Shown: positions 41,201-49,032 of the stretch, in pieces
How the letters are laid out: every line of letters begins with the position of its first letter
How positions within the stretch are numbered: the first letter of the stretch is position 1
Virus record (IMG/VR): IMGVR_UViG_3300036985_004421
Span: 5,831-69,830 of that record
Direction: 5' to 3' (one strand)
DNA: 64,000 nucleotides
Source of the DNA: a virus
Notes under the pieces: model-generated
Database searches by the model: none
Seen by the model: only the letters and a program-made list of their open reading frames with translations
Told to the model about the DNA's origin: nothing
Translations under genes and position numbers: made by a program

Positions 41201-44200
41201 AAGCGCGTCAAGCTACTATGCTAGATGGTATCGAACGTGCCGTTGCTTGGTCAATGTCAGAAGGACATATTGATACACCACCACACGAGTTTGCTCACCA
41301 TTATGTATGGATGTTTAAGAATCACCCATTGATACAAAGGGGTATTGAATTGTATGGTTCAGAAGAAGCTTTGGTAGACGCGATTGGCAAAGACTATGTA
41401 CGTCAGATAAACGGTAATGCAGTACAGCAAGCCTACTCTAAATTAGTAGCTGGCATGAAGGGCTTTGTTGAAAACCAAGCGGCTAAAGAAGGGTATGCGC
41501 AAGCGTTCTGGACATACATCAGGTCAATCTTTGGTTCTAATGACATTGCTCAGGTACTGGCATCAAATATGCTTGAGGGTAAAGAGCTAGAAGGTGGAGG
41601 TACATTAGCTAATGAAGTAGGCAACATGGTTGGTCGTACACAGCTACGTTCTAATGCTCGGCAGTTTATGGATAGCGATGTAATTCCTCATAAGGTCAAC
41701 AGGGCTGATGCTGATGTGAATAATTCTACTCTTCAATTTCGAATTGCATCATTAAACATTCTAGGTAAGTTGATTCAAAACGACATCCAAGCTCAACGAT
41801 TACAGCAGGGTATTGGTAGCAGTTTCTTATTCGATGTAATTCAGAATGTTCCTGGGGTGAGTTCTACAGATATGTGGAACACAGAGCAATTCTCAAAAGA
41901 GATAACAGCTGCTTTAAAACAGATGGTTTTCAAACCTGCAGACGAGTATTGTAAATCATCAATACTTTCTGGTGACATCAAAAACATTGACCCGTTGTTT
42001 ATGGCAAATAGCTTTGAAGCTGACGTAGCCAAGTTGCTAAACTTGAATACTAACATGGGTGCTAATTCTGGTATGGTAAACGGATTGATCGCTTTGATGT
42101 ACAATCCTAGCGACCCATTGAATAGTGCATCTATGATGGGCAAAGGTCTAAGTGCAATGGAGCAAGCAGAAGTACGTCAAGCTTACAATGCCATTATTCG
42201 CACGCATGCCATGATTGAGCATCAAAAAGTTGCATCTACTCAATTGAACATTGCCGAAGGGGAAGTAGCGGAAACCTCTAAGGTGCTAACTACAATCAAT
42301 GATTCTATTGCAAGCAAAGCGTCCATACTCAAAAAGATATGGTTGGCCAGCTCTACTGGCGATGGATTTGTAAGCAGCATTGGTAAAGGATTCAGAGAAG
42401 CTTACAAGTTTTATCAGGATAAGTTTGACCGACTTGATGTGAAGGTTTTTGCGATCACAGGCGATGAAAGTGCTCCGTTGTATCAAGTGCTTGTGCAATC
42501 ATTCAAAACAGCACAGAATAGGTACAACATGCTTTATCTAGGCACTACTTCTAACAAAGGAGCAGGGTTCATGTGGCAAGATGGTATCAAGAACATCAAA
42601 GGACTAGGTGATATTACGTATGACACAGCAGGTCAAGGTGTGGTATGGAAATTAAAAGATACCACTCCTGTGGAAATGATGGTAGCTGATGTCACTAATG
42701 GCATTACTACTTACGTTCCGGTTACACAACCAATGAGTGTAGGTGAGAAAGTGTGGTTGTCCGTAATGGCCCAACAAGTAGATGCTAAAACAGGCACCAG
42801 TTTCCGTGATGTATTGAAAGATGGTGGCATAGGGTTTGGCACTAAGCGTAATGCTACAGACACCATGGAAACTAAGTATCGTTTTACCGAAGCACAGATT
42901 GTGGCCATAGAAAACGAAGTCGCAGCTTATCAAGGCGGTGTACTTAATAGAGAGCTAGTTCCTGCAATACGTCAAGTGTTTGATAAGATGGTACCGTACA
43001 TCAACCAAACTTACAAGGAACTGACAGGACTAGATATGGAAATCGACCCTGACTACTTCCCAAAAACCATGTTTAATTCAGAAAAACTATTAGGGTCGGG
43101 TGAGCACGTGACTGGTGAGTGGGATAGAGTTATTTCTCCATTGGGTATTATTGGTTCATCAGTAACGCTACAAGCTCAAGATATCTTTAGCATGATGCAT
43201 GACTACACTAAAAAAGGTGCGGAGTTTCATGCCTACGCTATTCCTATTCGTAATGCTGGAAAACTATTGAAAGGCAAAGATGCCGAAGGAGTTTCCTTGC
43301 ACAATGCATTGATGAAAGTAGGAATGGGAGAGCACTTGACTGATGTTACCAAACACTTGATGGGAGTAGTCAATCATGCACATACGTTAGGTAGTGGTGA
43401 CCGCAAGTTAAATGAGCAAAATGAAATTGAGTTTCAACACAAAATGCTTCATAAACTCCATGCACGCTTGACCACATTTGCATTAGGTCACAATATGGTG
43501 GTAAACGCTACTCAGTTACTAGGTGGACCTATGGCCAGTCAACGCATTCCATGGAAGTACTTACAGTCGGATGTATTAAGGCTTGACAAAACAATCATGT
43601 CACTAGGCGAAACCTTAAACATGAATAAGCTATTTACGATGGATAGCGTATTTGATTATGCGAACACTACCATGCCAGAGTATCATGAAATGTTAGCGCA
43701 TAGTGCCGACTTGTACGCTCGATTCAAAACCAAGTTGATTGACAGCTCACAGGAAGCCACCATGCAATCCGTATCAGGTGGTAAGGAAGATAAGATTCTA
43801 TGGATGATAAAACCTTCAACGTTATTGGCAGGTATTACCTACATGGACTTACAAGTTCAAAGAACCATCTGGAATGCAGCTAAGAAAATGACAGCAGATT
43901 TGCAGCCACAATTAGCTGTAGGTAGCACAGAGTATTGGGAACACGTAGCTGCTGTAGCAGAGGATGTAACTCGTGAAACTCAAGCTTCGTTTGATAATGT
44001 GAATCGAACTAGAGCACAGAACAATCCAGGATATAACTTCTGGTCATACTTCCAACGGTTCTCTTCTCAATCTGTAGCTATGGCATCACAGATGAAAAAG
44101 GCACATTACCAATCGGTTCACAATCCTACTCCCGCAAATAGAATGCATGAGTATAGAGCTGCCGCTGCATTTCTTTTAGTAAACTCAGCTGGTTATGCTG

Positions 44201-44661
44201 CTATACGAATGCTAAAAGATGAAGCAATGTTCCATGCAGCTCTTGAATTGTTTGGCTATGCTACTTTAGATTATCCAGAAGCAGACGACCCTGATATGAC
44301 GGACGATGAAAAGAAAGCTTTATTTTTCATAATGAAAACCATCAATTCAGCTTTGAATATAGCGCCAATAGTAGGTGAGCTTGGAGCTGCTGCATCAACA
44401 TTCTTTTTTAATTACTTGATAACCAAAGATGCAGCACAAGCAGGTAGTAAAGTTGTAAGTCATGCAGCTATAACCTTTCCTCAACTAGAAGTACCTGGCT
44501 TAGTTGCTTCTGGTGTAAAGAAAATATCAGAAGATGATTTGGTGCATGGCTATTGGGATTTATGGAAAGCTGGTGTTACTGGTTCAGGTCTGTCGGGTTC
44601 TTATTTTAGGGAAGCCGATGCTTTTAACAAAATTGCTGTGCCACAAAAATTCGATAAATAA
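32245..44661 (+). CDS. giant virion protein containing a two-barrel (crAss-type) RNA polymerase and a zincin-like domain
   Basis: 4138 aa; IILARVP followed by catalytic-loop-like NSDHDGD (38806-38820); DTPPHEFAHHY (HExxH at 41284-41298). Confidence 0.8.
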   Translation: MDEELLQQLLDEQAAQEGQVQTQTATAPVQAEVPTQQVGTQISPMRNPFITQQRRDRVPTNSWMDVVIDDPVSSVKDSPDAKHVETLSDEEIAQRLEFFANPSSNPQWMKEMEQDSAGFFNARNATIEEAAKREKEISGKEKDPNDFWKEYNGQFDDGSVGKKEQDKRKLDTYSAKMKEQGSSDEEVGNLESIWNELKKAKTGVELIPHALVNAVTGVQETIHDMSMDVVSIMYGLTPKETLTFKAVMMDGATAKFMATGERKDLKADIYDRFRAGLTEYMNQENDTVGALPTKTFNKSWGEGDYVGSLVAGFGGTMGLVPSAVVGVGTMGYGMVPYMAGMAESDKAVNSRLATGKELADAYRDGDNDQLMSWTTSSIVGYIEKLGLKKLGKGIEEAFNGKALKDKAVRFLSDSGIQGATETFQGGIEHVGTAYNKIKLANPEMSDAEAMAKAVKEGVLWYGSGEAFETFATTALGVSYMTGASHAAGKVWRKATETQEQKLAAKLDDPNVSEASKTILRDKFNQLRQQASAEYQQERTIFKSLSEEEQSELGSLARKVKDAGLTLAVLDPEVDQDAIQIAEQTKGELLARIDAIKAPVKKQLLEKDKEKLRSMGVYTVPMVDGVVNLNAKTQLHTEEEQKIAAKAIDEIIQTGVKEKLPIPQIAANIEASGHMVGDGILFTTQEYVEMATTKALPSLIEAFGDKTSAKNVAVATTELPIEVSTETAPVEEVASTTAVTEPISNEAVIADIEQRRSEELESNGLNRLLPLNIDDDPVLQKKIDLQKEIETKYATELSQVKVQAVKTPSTNALVPPTTSKADEVMAAAKAAIEGEREVDDLPFGVSSEANKENEAVATASEEIQAESESELNKEEEPVAVKKAPAKKISKPKAPAKPKATKKPKATTKKPVAKEKESAPTVTKEVAPVAELPTDPEARKEAIKARKAELMKGIAERWTSNKSGIASLPENQSDEMRQDVDAIIELAKLSIEEMGQSLQEFVDEMVVAFGKKHPNITQLATDVYNSVSLGADTATNEVNVWVNEFLNAEPTIESSQAMPVAENEEQRKLRNSILAVVDKAMLAGGEWLREKDFKTIGVNSRMRNFFNNPHAYIMMNAIDGYSRNLKGYSFMKTLLTKDEAMNIMQNFVEEIDKMEERTGFKLDSKRIKAPSHNDVNAIVEGFFKQFQDAWINKDPESYAIFDQYAQLVRGIPSIKPSFQMAGPNEWSDIGLKRLVTGLFTESGLMLDPEDITQTLQSIAASVPREGGNKEWIKLMRSIANGKKSLEQDIAERMLNRISALVDLNAQNVNDSGELKAIINTLANMGTDQVVASVIGTDGVVRREVMNVSMAPKEIASNVLGMIEKYMSQSRAISAFNSLITEYKNISMEITAQIKAGRPLTVAQDVAYSRRLLELYHQRIIQPYGGKMDIKGDYVGEVIKSIQEKESTTPTWIRVAGMLQILDNAQAKQRINSNNTIDVLESTRPYYELLGKVMVEAEPNATSWRNADGENVTAQGPRTHVDLVSDSMNIPTEKGGTTPAEKMLKVGFFQNNPILKFWNKTKAVGRQKWNEGSFKKEFGMSIDKMRSDGILADNLVAFFEGTKDGYQHMYMLNGDRDTRYMFNAPLMNVDQLAEQYGIINGKFDSNSPIVKAFEKRAADAVALGVSKKDGLLLNEEGLKRLNATYYIQFKIADGKFVADGDLTLKHRLNATNTLLKKFEELNKQWVQYDGMSLRYVDAVQVMARKNPELAELFNQNVDANTRMRRLAALYEGNNTINELALTDVFVGDPIYLRPGAKALKDAKSQSTRGMNVASTVGPVYVVTLNELPATDSGGFMNSYMSERASNGVINGLGPNMKIGFFGVERHGKNAGHGMSLKMATMNAVRGKDGKNKMEYDHGTSDQYAKMAELMDKLEAHIMATTKSDVRPNILIIPPSSQKVSSLRLKPINLNELSSLSFNESNFKKITPETATVNFNINHDMTDGAYAKRQLVQMLSIIQEAVEGKELPDRKQFIDKFQNLMVDVMKEQMRKEFGSTTNIGQVDALAKKLIEQVFGNDMSFSTKAALQHLKNLYENENVDHHIEDENIYGTALGKLTQTFNQVATTMQLDGGSLQTFADLETDPDKKLKWDGLTTPEVMVPPAMGNVGDTIILARVPSSGSESMFVGKIVGHLPANMNGAKVPAEFLLYSNSDHDGDMLHGFLKNQSGPAKQAFVDFMMSDEAMLSQTFLRKRDHPLTLDALGTALKQAGLAEVPVNLNSVTGRMAVLDSMNASTSAIGVFANAKKIFTNLTASGKSTVEETHILLNGVMVPARKYSHKNLTMMGELLQAALDKFDKLLLSRMGIDMSNINEISLLANLETIDGDVMSYADVIQLLQTPEMKAYVAGINELIGPFEGKDTAWPGDKTTILDELIASAQAKGNDLNVDILSLIRTAVVEGAALTSVASMTSMDKGIKYGMGHVLHLMDMYNSLKAGGKGYLELFDNPLGEHHHKALDMFIKTMQKLTLSYGEVAIGTAKNLWNAIGFQERSPRHWDKLLTINNKMLNASVTLGKYDNPSAFVNSFGEFLYGLKHGSDVMYPINSTTAEEIDSRATLQAMEIDAINARESLKDNPVPVMREAYLKKIQDYVIAQNMVNKLTNNPFIRNMSVYKDKATGKINVGLNKTARGMNGIDKQTLLDSFSELPTEFQDRLHDYLLLNSNSKITPSSLWSLLPNSSVERYNTASRLMEQNKGQVTPTVRQNVAAFIEAVMLDSLDMIKAIRIRAGRAFENTFVYEKPQLSEDEKTSLLNRLETYFPLSAQSILDQSGAVFKVTHPSTSFGTKLLGKMMFNGTPLIRVANANGDGHRYFVLAKSDGALTTAGGVFTKGVAQTYVEITAGVNAAAAKGTNGFVMDGDTRSQYNADAVSEDMRTLFKDRFKNVNADLKEGVRMETGNHMGTMNAPASATRTIASDPKLYNKILKRLQEKFPNIQVMEWEAYQAKYGAAPGIGQARQATMLDGIERAVAWSMSEGHIDTPPHEFAHHYVWMFKNHPLIQRGIELYGSEEALVDAIGKDYVRQINGNAVQQAYSKLVAGMKGFVENQAAKEGYAQAFWTYIRSIFGSNDIAQVLASNMLEGKELEGGGTLANEVGNMVGRTQLRSNARQFMDSDVIPHKVNRADADVNNSTLQFRIASLNILGKLIQNDIQAQRLQQGIGSSFLFDVIQNVPGVSSTDMWNTEQFSKEITAALKQMVFKPADEYCKSSILSGDIKNIDPLFMANSFEADVAKLLNLNTNMGANSGMVNGLIALMYNPSDPLNSASMMGKGLSAMEQAEVRQAYNAIIRTHAMIEHQKVASTQLNIAEGEVAETSKVLTTINDSIASKASILKKIWLASSTGDGFVSSIGKGFREAYKFYQDKFDRLDVKVFAITGDESAPLYQVLVQSFKTAQNRYNMLYLGTTSNKGAGFMWQDGIKNIKGLGDITYDTAGQGVVWKLKDTTPVEMMVADVTNGITTYVPVTQPMSVGEKVWLSVMAQQVDAKTGTSFRDVLKDGGIGFGTKRNATDTMETKYRFTEAQIVAIENEVAAYQGGVLNRELVPAIRQVFDKMVPYINQTYKELTGLDMEIDPDYFPKTMFNSEKLLGSGEHVTGEWDRVISPLGIIGSSVTLQAQDIFSMMHDYTKKGAEFHAYAIPIRNAGKLLKGKDAEGVSLHNALMKVGMGEHLTDVTKHLMGVVNHAHTLGSGDRKLNEQNEIEFQHKMLHKLHARLTTFALGHNMVVNATQLLGGPMASQRIPWKYLQSDVLRLDKTIMSLGETLNMNKLFTMDSVFDYANTTMPEYHEMLAHSADLYARFKTKLIDSSQEATMQSVSGGKEDKILWMIKPSTLLAGITYMDLQVQRTIWNAAKKMTADLQPQLAVGSTEYWEHVAAVAEDVTRETQASFDNVNRTRAQNNPGYNFWSYFQRFSSQSVAMASQMKKAHYQSVHNPTPANRMHEYRAAAAFLLVNSAGYAAIRMLKDEAMFHAALELFGYATLDYPEADDPDMTDDEKKALFFIMKTINSALNIAPIVGELGAAASTFFFNYLITKDAAQAGSKVVSHAAITFPQLEVPGLVASGVKKISEDDLVHGYWDLWKAGVTGSGLSGSYFREADAFNKIAVPQKFDK

Positions 44662-44663
44662 TT

Positions 44664-44671
44664 TACTTTTG
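44664..44671 (+). promoter_or_regulatory. -7 promoter element TACTTTTG
   Basis: only 4 nt separate it from ATG 44676. Confidence 0.5.
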
Positions 44672-44675
44672 AGCC

Positions 44676-45245
44676 ATGGCAACAATCCTTATCCCTCAAT
44701 TAGACACTACCTCACAGTGCGGTAGCTTGATATTCACAGATGCAACTGCAGTAGGTACTGGCACAGGCTACGATGTAGCAGGTGGCATAGACCTGTCTAC
44801 CGTGACAGATGCTTCGCTGTCCTACACAAACCTAGCAGGTACATCATCAGGTTACTTGTGGGCTACGGGTGATTGGATTCCAGCAACGGGTGACATGTCG
44901 TACACGATTGATTATCCATCATTGCTTGGGGTATATGAATTGACCTATAAGGTAACGGGTCTAATTGACGGAGTAGGTGAACCCGTGACTATTGAAACAT
45001 CGTTTATGGTGTTGTTTGACTGTGCTGTAATCGCTTGTCTAAAGTCTAAGGTACTTGCACTTGCTAAGCAGGGTTGTGGATGCTGTGGAGGCTGTGGAAA
45101 TGGCCTTGACCAAGCTAAAGTGAATTGGATGTACGCTCAATTGTCTGCTGTGCAGATAGCATTTGCAGAAGGGTACTACGATTGCCTTGATGGAATACTT
45201 CAATCAGTACTTGCTAAATGCGATAATGCCTGTAGCTCATGCTAG
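44676..45245 (+). CDS. Cys-rich structural protein (tail fibre hub-like)
   Basis: LIFTDAT N-terminal motif; GCGCCGGCG and CDNACSSC. Confidence 0.55.
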   Translation: MATILIPQLDTTSQCGSLIFTDATAVGTGTGYDVAGGIDLSTVTDASLSYTNLAGTSSGYLWATGDWIPATGDMSYTIDYPSLLGVYELTYKVTGLIDGVGEPVTIETSFMVLFDCAVIACLKSKVLALAKQGCGCCGGCGNGLDQAKVNWMYAQLSAVQIAFAEGYYDCLDGILQSVLAKCDNACSSC

Positions 45246-46747
45246 ACTTCACTATTGTTCGTGACCAGAATGCTAAGAAAACCAACATGGAATTGTTGGC
45301 TACTACCAAAGAAGCTATTGGTAAATGCTTGAATGCACACCTATGTCGGCACATGAAGTATGCGCGTATGGGTCGCATCAATAAGAACGAACAATGCAGC
45401 GTTTATGAGTTGACCAATTTGTACAATGCACTTAGCTCTCCGTTATCATTTGCCGATGGAGTAGGTATGCAAGGTGTATGGGATCTAGTCAGCTATAGTG
45501 AGGATGGTATAGTTACTACCGACATTCCAGACGGTTGGGTAACGCTTGTAATTGGTGAAACTCAAATGCTTCCAAATCTTGGAAGTGATGGTTTGTGGGC
45601 CAATTACACACAAGTAGATTTCAATACCATTACACAGGACAATCTAGTGGATGGTTACACGATTACTATTGTGTATAATGCTGATGGTTCTCTTACAGCC
45701 ACATGGACTAATCCAAATACTGGATATGCATACATACTGATTTTTGAGAGAGTAATTGAGGAAGCCAAGGACTGCTGTGTTACCCGTGAGGACATCATTG
45801 CTGCTTACTGCCATGTGATAAACTACTGTGGTTGCACTCCCGTAGCACATGGCGAGTTCCCTGACCTTCCAGACTTACCTCAAGAGTGTACTTGTGCTGA
45901 TGGAATTACTTTTTGGATGCCCTACGATTGGGATGTAGTGCCTACGATATACTTGGGTTTGTTTTTTGCTTACAGCAGCACTGTACGTAATCACTGTGTG
46001 TTTACTGCTTTGATTAACGGAGCGATAATTACTTTAAGCTATAATGAAACATTGTTGCAATGGGAAATTACACATCCTGAATTGGGATTGCTTGCCGCGT
46101 CACCAGACTTGATTGGTTCTGCATGGACTGTAAATAATTGGGGTGGTGAGGCACCAACGGATTTAGGTATCTCCGAATGTGGAAGTACTGTAGCAAATCT
46201 ATGTGTGAGTGTAATTACTGTGGATGGAAGTGTTCAACATACGTTTTATCCAACTCGATATGCTGATACGCTATTGATAGCAGGGTATGGCGCATTTAGT
46301 GGTGGCACATTAGTTCCTACTGTAGCTGGCCCTGACTACTGGTTGCTAACAGTATTGGATATCAATGGCGATTATTGCTTAGCTGCTAATGATAAAATTT
46401 ATATGACATTAGATGCGGCTCCATTAGGAACGCACGTAGATGCTTGCCATAGAAGTATCATCATAGCAACTGGCGTGTGTACTGAACTCACAGCTTGTCA
46501 ATTGCTTTATGTGCAGTCAGCACAGAAGCTAGGGGTAGAAGATGGACTTCATGAAATAGAGCTTGCTGTAACAGGTGGAACTGCACCATATACCTATGAG
46601 TGGTTTAGCGATGTGTTAATGACGGTTCCTGTTGGAACGGGTACTGATACGCTGTCAAATCTTAGTTGTGGTAATCAAAGATGGTTTAGAGTGACTGACT
46701 CATTAGGTTGTACTTTTGAGGACTCACGAACCATTATATGCACATGA
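45239..46747 (+). CDS. putative tail fibre/adhesin with lipocalin-like and SprB-like repeat segments
   Basis: GVWDLVSY (lipocalin-like start); C-terminal VTGGTAPYTYEW...VTDSLGC. Confidence 0.55.
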   Translation: MLDFTIVRDQNAKKTNMELLATTKEAIGKCLNAHLCRHMKYARMGRINKNEQCSVYELTNLYNALSSPLSFADGVGMQGVWDLVSYSEDGIVTTDIPDGWVTLVIGETQMLPNLGSDGLWANYTQVDFNTITQDNLVDGYTITIVYNADGSLTATWTNPNTGYAYILIFERVIEEAKDCCVTREDIIAAYCHVINYCGCTPVAHGEFPDLPDLPQECTCADGITFWMPYDWDVVPTIYLGLFFAYSSTVRNHCVFTALINGAIITLSYNETLLQWEITHPELGLLAASPDLIGSAWTVNNWGGEAPTDLGISECGSTVANLCVSVITVDGSVQHTFYPTRYADTLLIAGYGAFSGGTLVPTVAGPDYWLLTVLDINGDYCLAANDKIYMTLDAAPLGTHVDACHRSIIIATGVCTELTACQLLYVQSAQKLGVEDGLHEIELAVTGGTAPYTYEWFSDVLMTVPVGTGTDTLSNLSCGNQRWFRVTDSLGCTFEDSRTIICT

Positions 46748-47310
46748 CATTTGACATAGCTTACTCGAAGGTATTAGGCCACGAAGGTGAATACAGTAAC
46801 GATACTGATGATCGAGGTGGAGAAACGTACAAAGGAATCTCTAGGAAGTATTGGCCTGTATGGAATGGCTGGCCAATCATTGATACCCTAAAATCGGATG
46901 TGTCCTTTCCTAAGAACATCAAGAACGATATGCGCGTACAAGCTTATGTAAAAGACTTTTATCGCATAGAGTTCTGGAACAAGCTTCTGTGTGATGACAT
47001 GCCTGATGAAATCAAGTTTGAGTTATTCGATACTGCCGTCAATCAAGGACACAAGGCAGCAGGGGAACACTTACAGAATGCACTCAATTTACTCAATGTT
47101 AACGGCACTAAATGGCCTGACCTTGTAGTTGATGGTGGCATAGGTCAAAAGACCTTGGCTATTGCTCGTGGCTGCTTGTATAAAAAAGAGTTGGCCAATA
47201 CCATGAACATTTTGCAGGGTGCATATTATATTGAACTTTGCAAGCGAGATAAGTCACAAGAAAAATTCTTCAGAGGATGGTTAATCAACCGAGTAACTTG
47301 GATAGTCTAA
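46744..47310 (+). CDS. endolysin, glycoside hydrolase family 108 with C-terminal peptidoglycan-binding region
   Basis: HEGEYSNDTDDRGGETYKGIS, FDTAVNQG, VDGGIGQKT, FFRGWL motifs. Confidence 0.9.
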   Translation: MTFDIAYSKVLGHEGEYSNDTDDRGGETYKGISRKYWPVWNGWPIIDTLKSDVSFPKNIKNDMRVQAYVKDFYRIEFWNKLLCDDMPDEIKFELFDTAVNQGHKAAGEHLQNALNLLNVNGTKWPDLVVDGGIGQKTLAIARGCLYKKELANTMNILQGAYYIELCKRDKSQEKFFRGWLINRVTWIV

Positions 47311-47696
47311 GGAGTAAAGAACCTGATCCAGTCAAAGAAATCGCTACGATTCTAATTGTCTTTGTGGTGTTGGTATTGTTCATTTGCGGAATAGTTTACG
47401 CAATAATCAAGAGGGATGAACTTGTAGTGGTTCACAAGCCAGTGGTGGTGGACCTTACAATTCCTAATGCTAAAATCGCAGACTTGGAAGTTGCTATTCA
47501 AGAAAAGGATGTTATCATTGAGCAATTAACCAAAGCCATCAAATACCTACGAGAAAATGAAAGCAGTGATATTATTGATTATGTTGATGTGCAGTACTTG
47601 GATAGCACAGGCATCGACAATAGAGCCAGAGAAATCATCTTGCTTGCTGACAGCCTTAGAAGGGCCGGACACTCTTGGTACGAGCCTATCCCTTGA
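47277..47696 (+). CDS. putative inner-membrane spanin-like protein
   Basis: N-terminal TM plus coiled coil, directly after the endolysin; start uncertain. Confidence 0.5.
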   Translation: MVNQPSNLDSLRSKEPDPVKEIATILIVFVVLVLFICGIVYAIIKRDELVVVHKPVVVDLTIPNAKIADLEVAIQEKDVIIEQLTKAIKYLRENESSDIIDYVDVQYLDSTGIDNRAREIILLADSLRRAGHSWYEPIP

Positions 47697-48054
47697 TGGT
47701 GATAGCTTAATTTGCTTCACTCCATTTGAGTGGGAAGCAATCAAGTATGGATTGGTAGGATGGGTGGCTATGTCTAGGATGGCTACCATTCGAATGAATG
47801 TTATTCTCCATCAAGACAGTTTGATTCAAGCACAAGTTGAGCAACGAGCAAAATGCGATAGCGTTATAGAACAGGAACGATTCAAGGCTGATGAATTGAC
47901 TTTCGGATTGAGGCGTTCTAATGCACGATTAGCTGTGAGTGAAAGCAAACTAGCCAAGACGGAGAAACGTAGGAACACATGGCGTCTAGTGGCCGTTATG
48001 AGTATTGCTTTTAATCTCATTGGAATTGCTTTAGGAGCAGCTTTGATTAAATAG
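47557..48054 (+). CDS. putative spanin with signal peptide and C-terminal TM
   Basis: MKAVILLIMLMC signal, coiled coil, C-terminal TM; overlaps the previous gene by 140 nt. Confidence 0.5.
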   Translation: MKAVILLIMLMCSTWIAQASTIEPEKSSCLLTALEGPDTLGTSLSLDGDSLICFTPFEWEAIKYGLVGWVAMSRMATIRMNVILHQDSLIQAQVEQRAKCDSVIEQERFKADELTFGLRRSNARLAVSESKLAKTEKRRNTWRLVAVMSIAFNLIGIALGAALIK

Positions 48055-48077
48055 TATTTCTCGATTTTCTTTTTCTA

Positions 48078-48085
48078 TACATTTG
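48078..48085 (+). promoter_or_regulatory. -7 promoter element TACATTTG
   Basis: upstream of ATG 48102. Confidence 0.55.
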
Positions 48086-48101
48086 TGAAAACAATAAACC
48101 A

Positions 48102-48392
48102 ATGACAACACAAGAAGATTTACTGTTAAAAATTGAGCGCCATCTTGCTAACACACGTGGTATAGCTGGAAGTCAAATCATTGTAGGTGGTGGTACTCCT
48201 GATGTAGCTACTGGAAACATAGTTGCTATTGAGTGTATTGGAACTACGTATGAATTAGGAGCTGTGACAGGGAATTGTGACGGTCTAAGTGGATATACAT
48301 TTCTTGTTCCTAAATCAGTATACGGCATGTTTACTTCCGTAGAAGCAGGACCAAATGCAACAGATGTATTTTTAGTTTATTACGCAAGATAA
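48102..48392 (+). CDS. small beta-rich structural protein
   Basis: 96-aa ORF. Confidence 0.6.
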   Translation: MTTQEDLLLKIERHLANTRGIAGSQIIVGGGTPDVATGNIVAIECIGTTYELGAVTGNCDGLSGYTFLVPKSVYGMFTSVEAGPNATDVFLVYYAR

Positions 48393-49027
48393 TGCTACAC
48401 ATTGGAGATAGTAATCTAGCTCAAATACCTGCACCAGTAGTGGTCATTCGCTCTAGTGCTTTATGGATAAAGTCGGGCGAGACAACGGATACTCATGGTC
48501 AGGGTTCTGATGGTTTCCATGAGATAGGTCGTGGTGGTGGATGGGGCATATTGTCGGAGCTTAATGTGTTTGGCACTTATGACAGATTTACAAACACCAC
48601 AGGGGGCACCTCATTTGCTACAGATAAAATCATGCTAGACCATGAGTGCCGTGACCAGATAACCAAACTTATACCCGGGTATGATATTGCAGATGTATTA
48701 ACAGCTCGAACATGGGACGCTCATAGAACCTATGGTAACTCTAAAGTGAAAGATGGATTTACTGGATGGATGGGATTGACTGACCCTGTAATCAATTCAT
48801 TAAGAAAGCAAGGTTCTACTTATTCTTTGAATTGGTTTCCATTAAATTGGGCAGGTGGTACTATGGATTATTTCTATTCGTTCAGCACGAATAATGGAGC
48901 GCCAGCAGAGGCATGGTTGTTTTACAACTATTCTACTGTGCCAGTGCAATCCCGCGCTAAAGTGGGGTCTTATTTTGCGATGTTCTATCGCATGTTCACA
49001 TTAACCGATGATGGTGTTTTAAGCTAA
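48392..49027 (+). CDS. putative C-type-lectin-fold (DUF1566-like) receptor-binding protein
   Basis: GFTGW...INSL followed by YSFST...AW...K...YR at the C-terminus. Confidence 0.45.
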   Translation: MLHIGDSNLAQIPAPVVVIRSSALWIKSGETTDTHGQGSDGFHEIGRGGGWGILSELNVFGTYDRFTNTTGGTSFATDKIMLDHECRDQITKLIPGYDIADVLTARTWDAHRTYGNSKVKDGFTGWMGLTDPVINSLRKQGSTYSLNWFPLNWAGGTMDYFYSFSTNNGAPAEAWLFYNYSTVPVQSRAKVGSYFAMFYRMFTLTDDGVLS

Positions 49028-49032
49028 TCAAG

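Noticed and set aside
11776-44661. Introns or inteins in TerL, MCP or vRNAP
   Set aside because: Reading frames are uninterrupted and I saw no intein terminal motifs or homing-endonuclease insertions
11288-48020. Numerous short - strand ORFs inside the structural genes, and + strand ORFs inside the - strand blocks
   Set aside because: Antisense shadows of long, well-supported genes with no recognisable motifs
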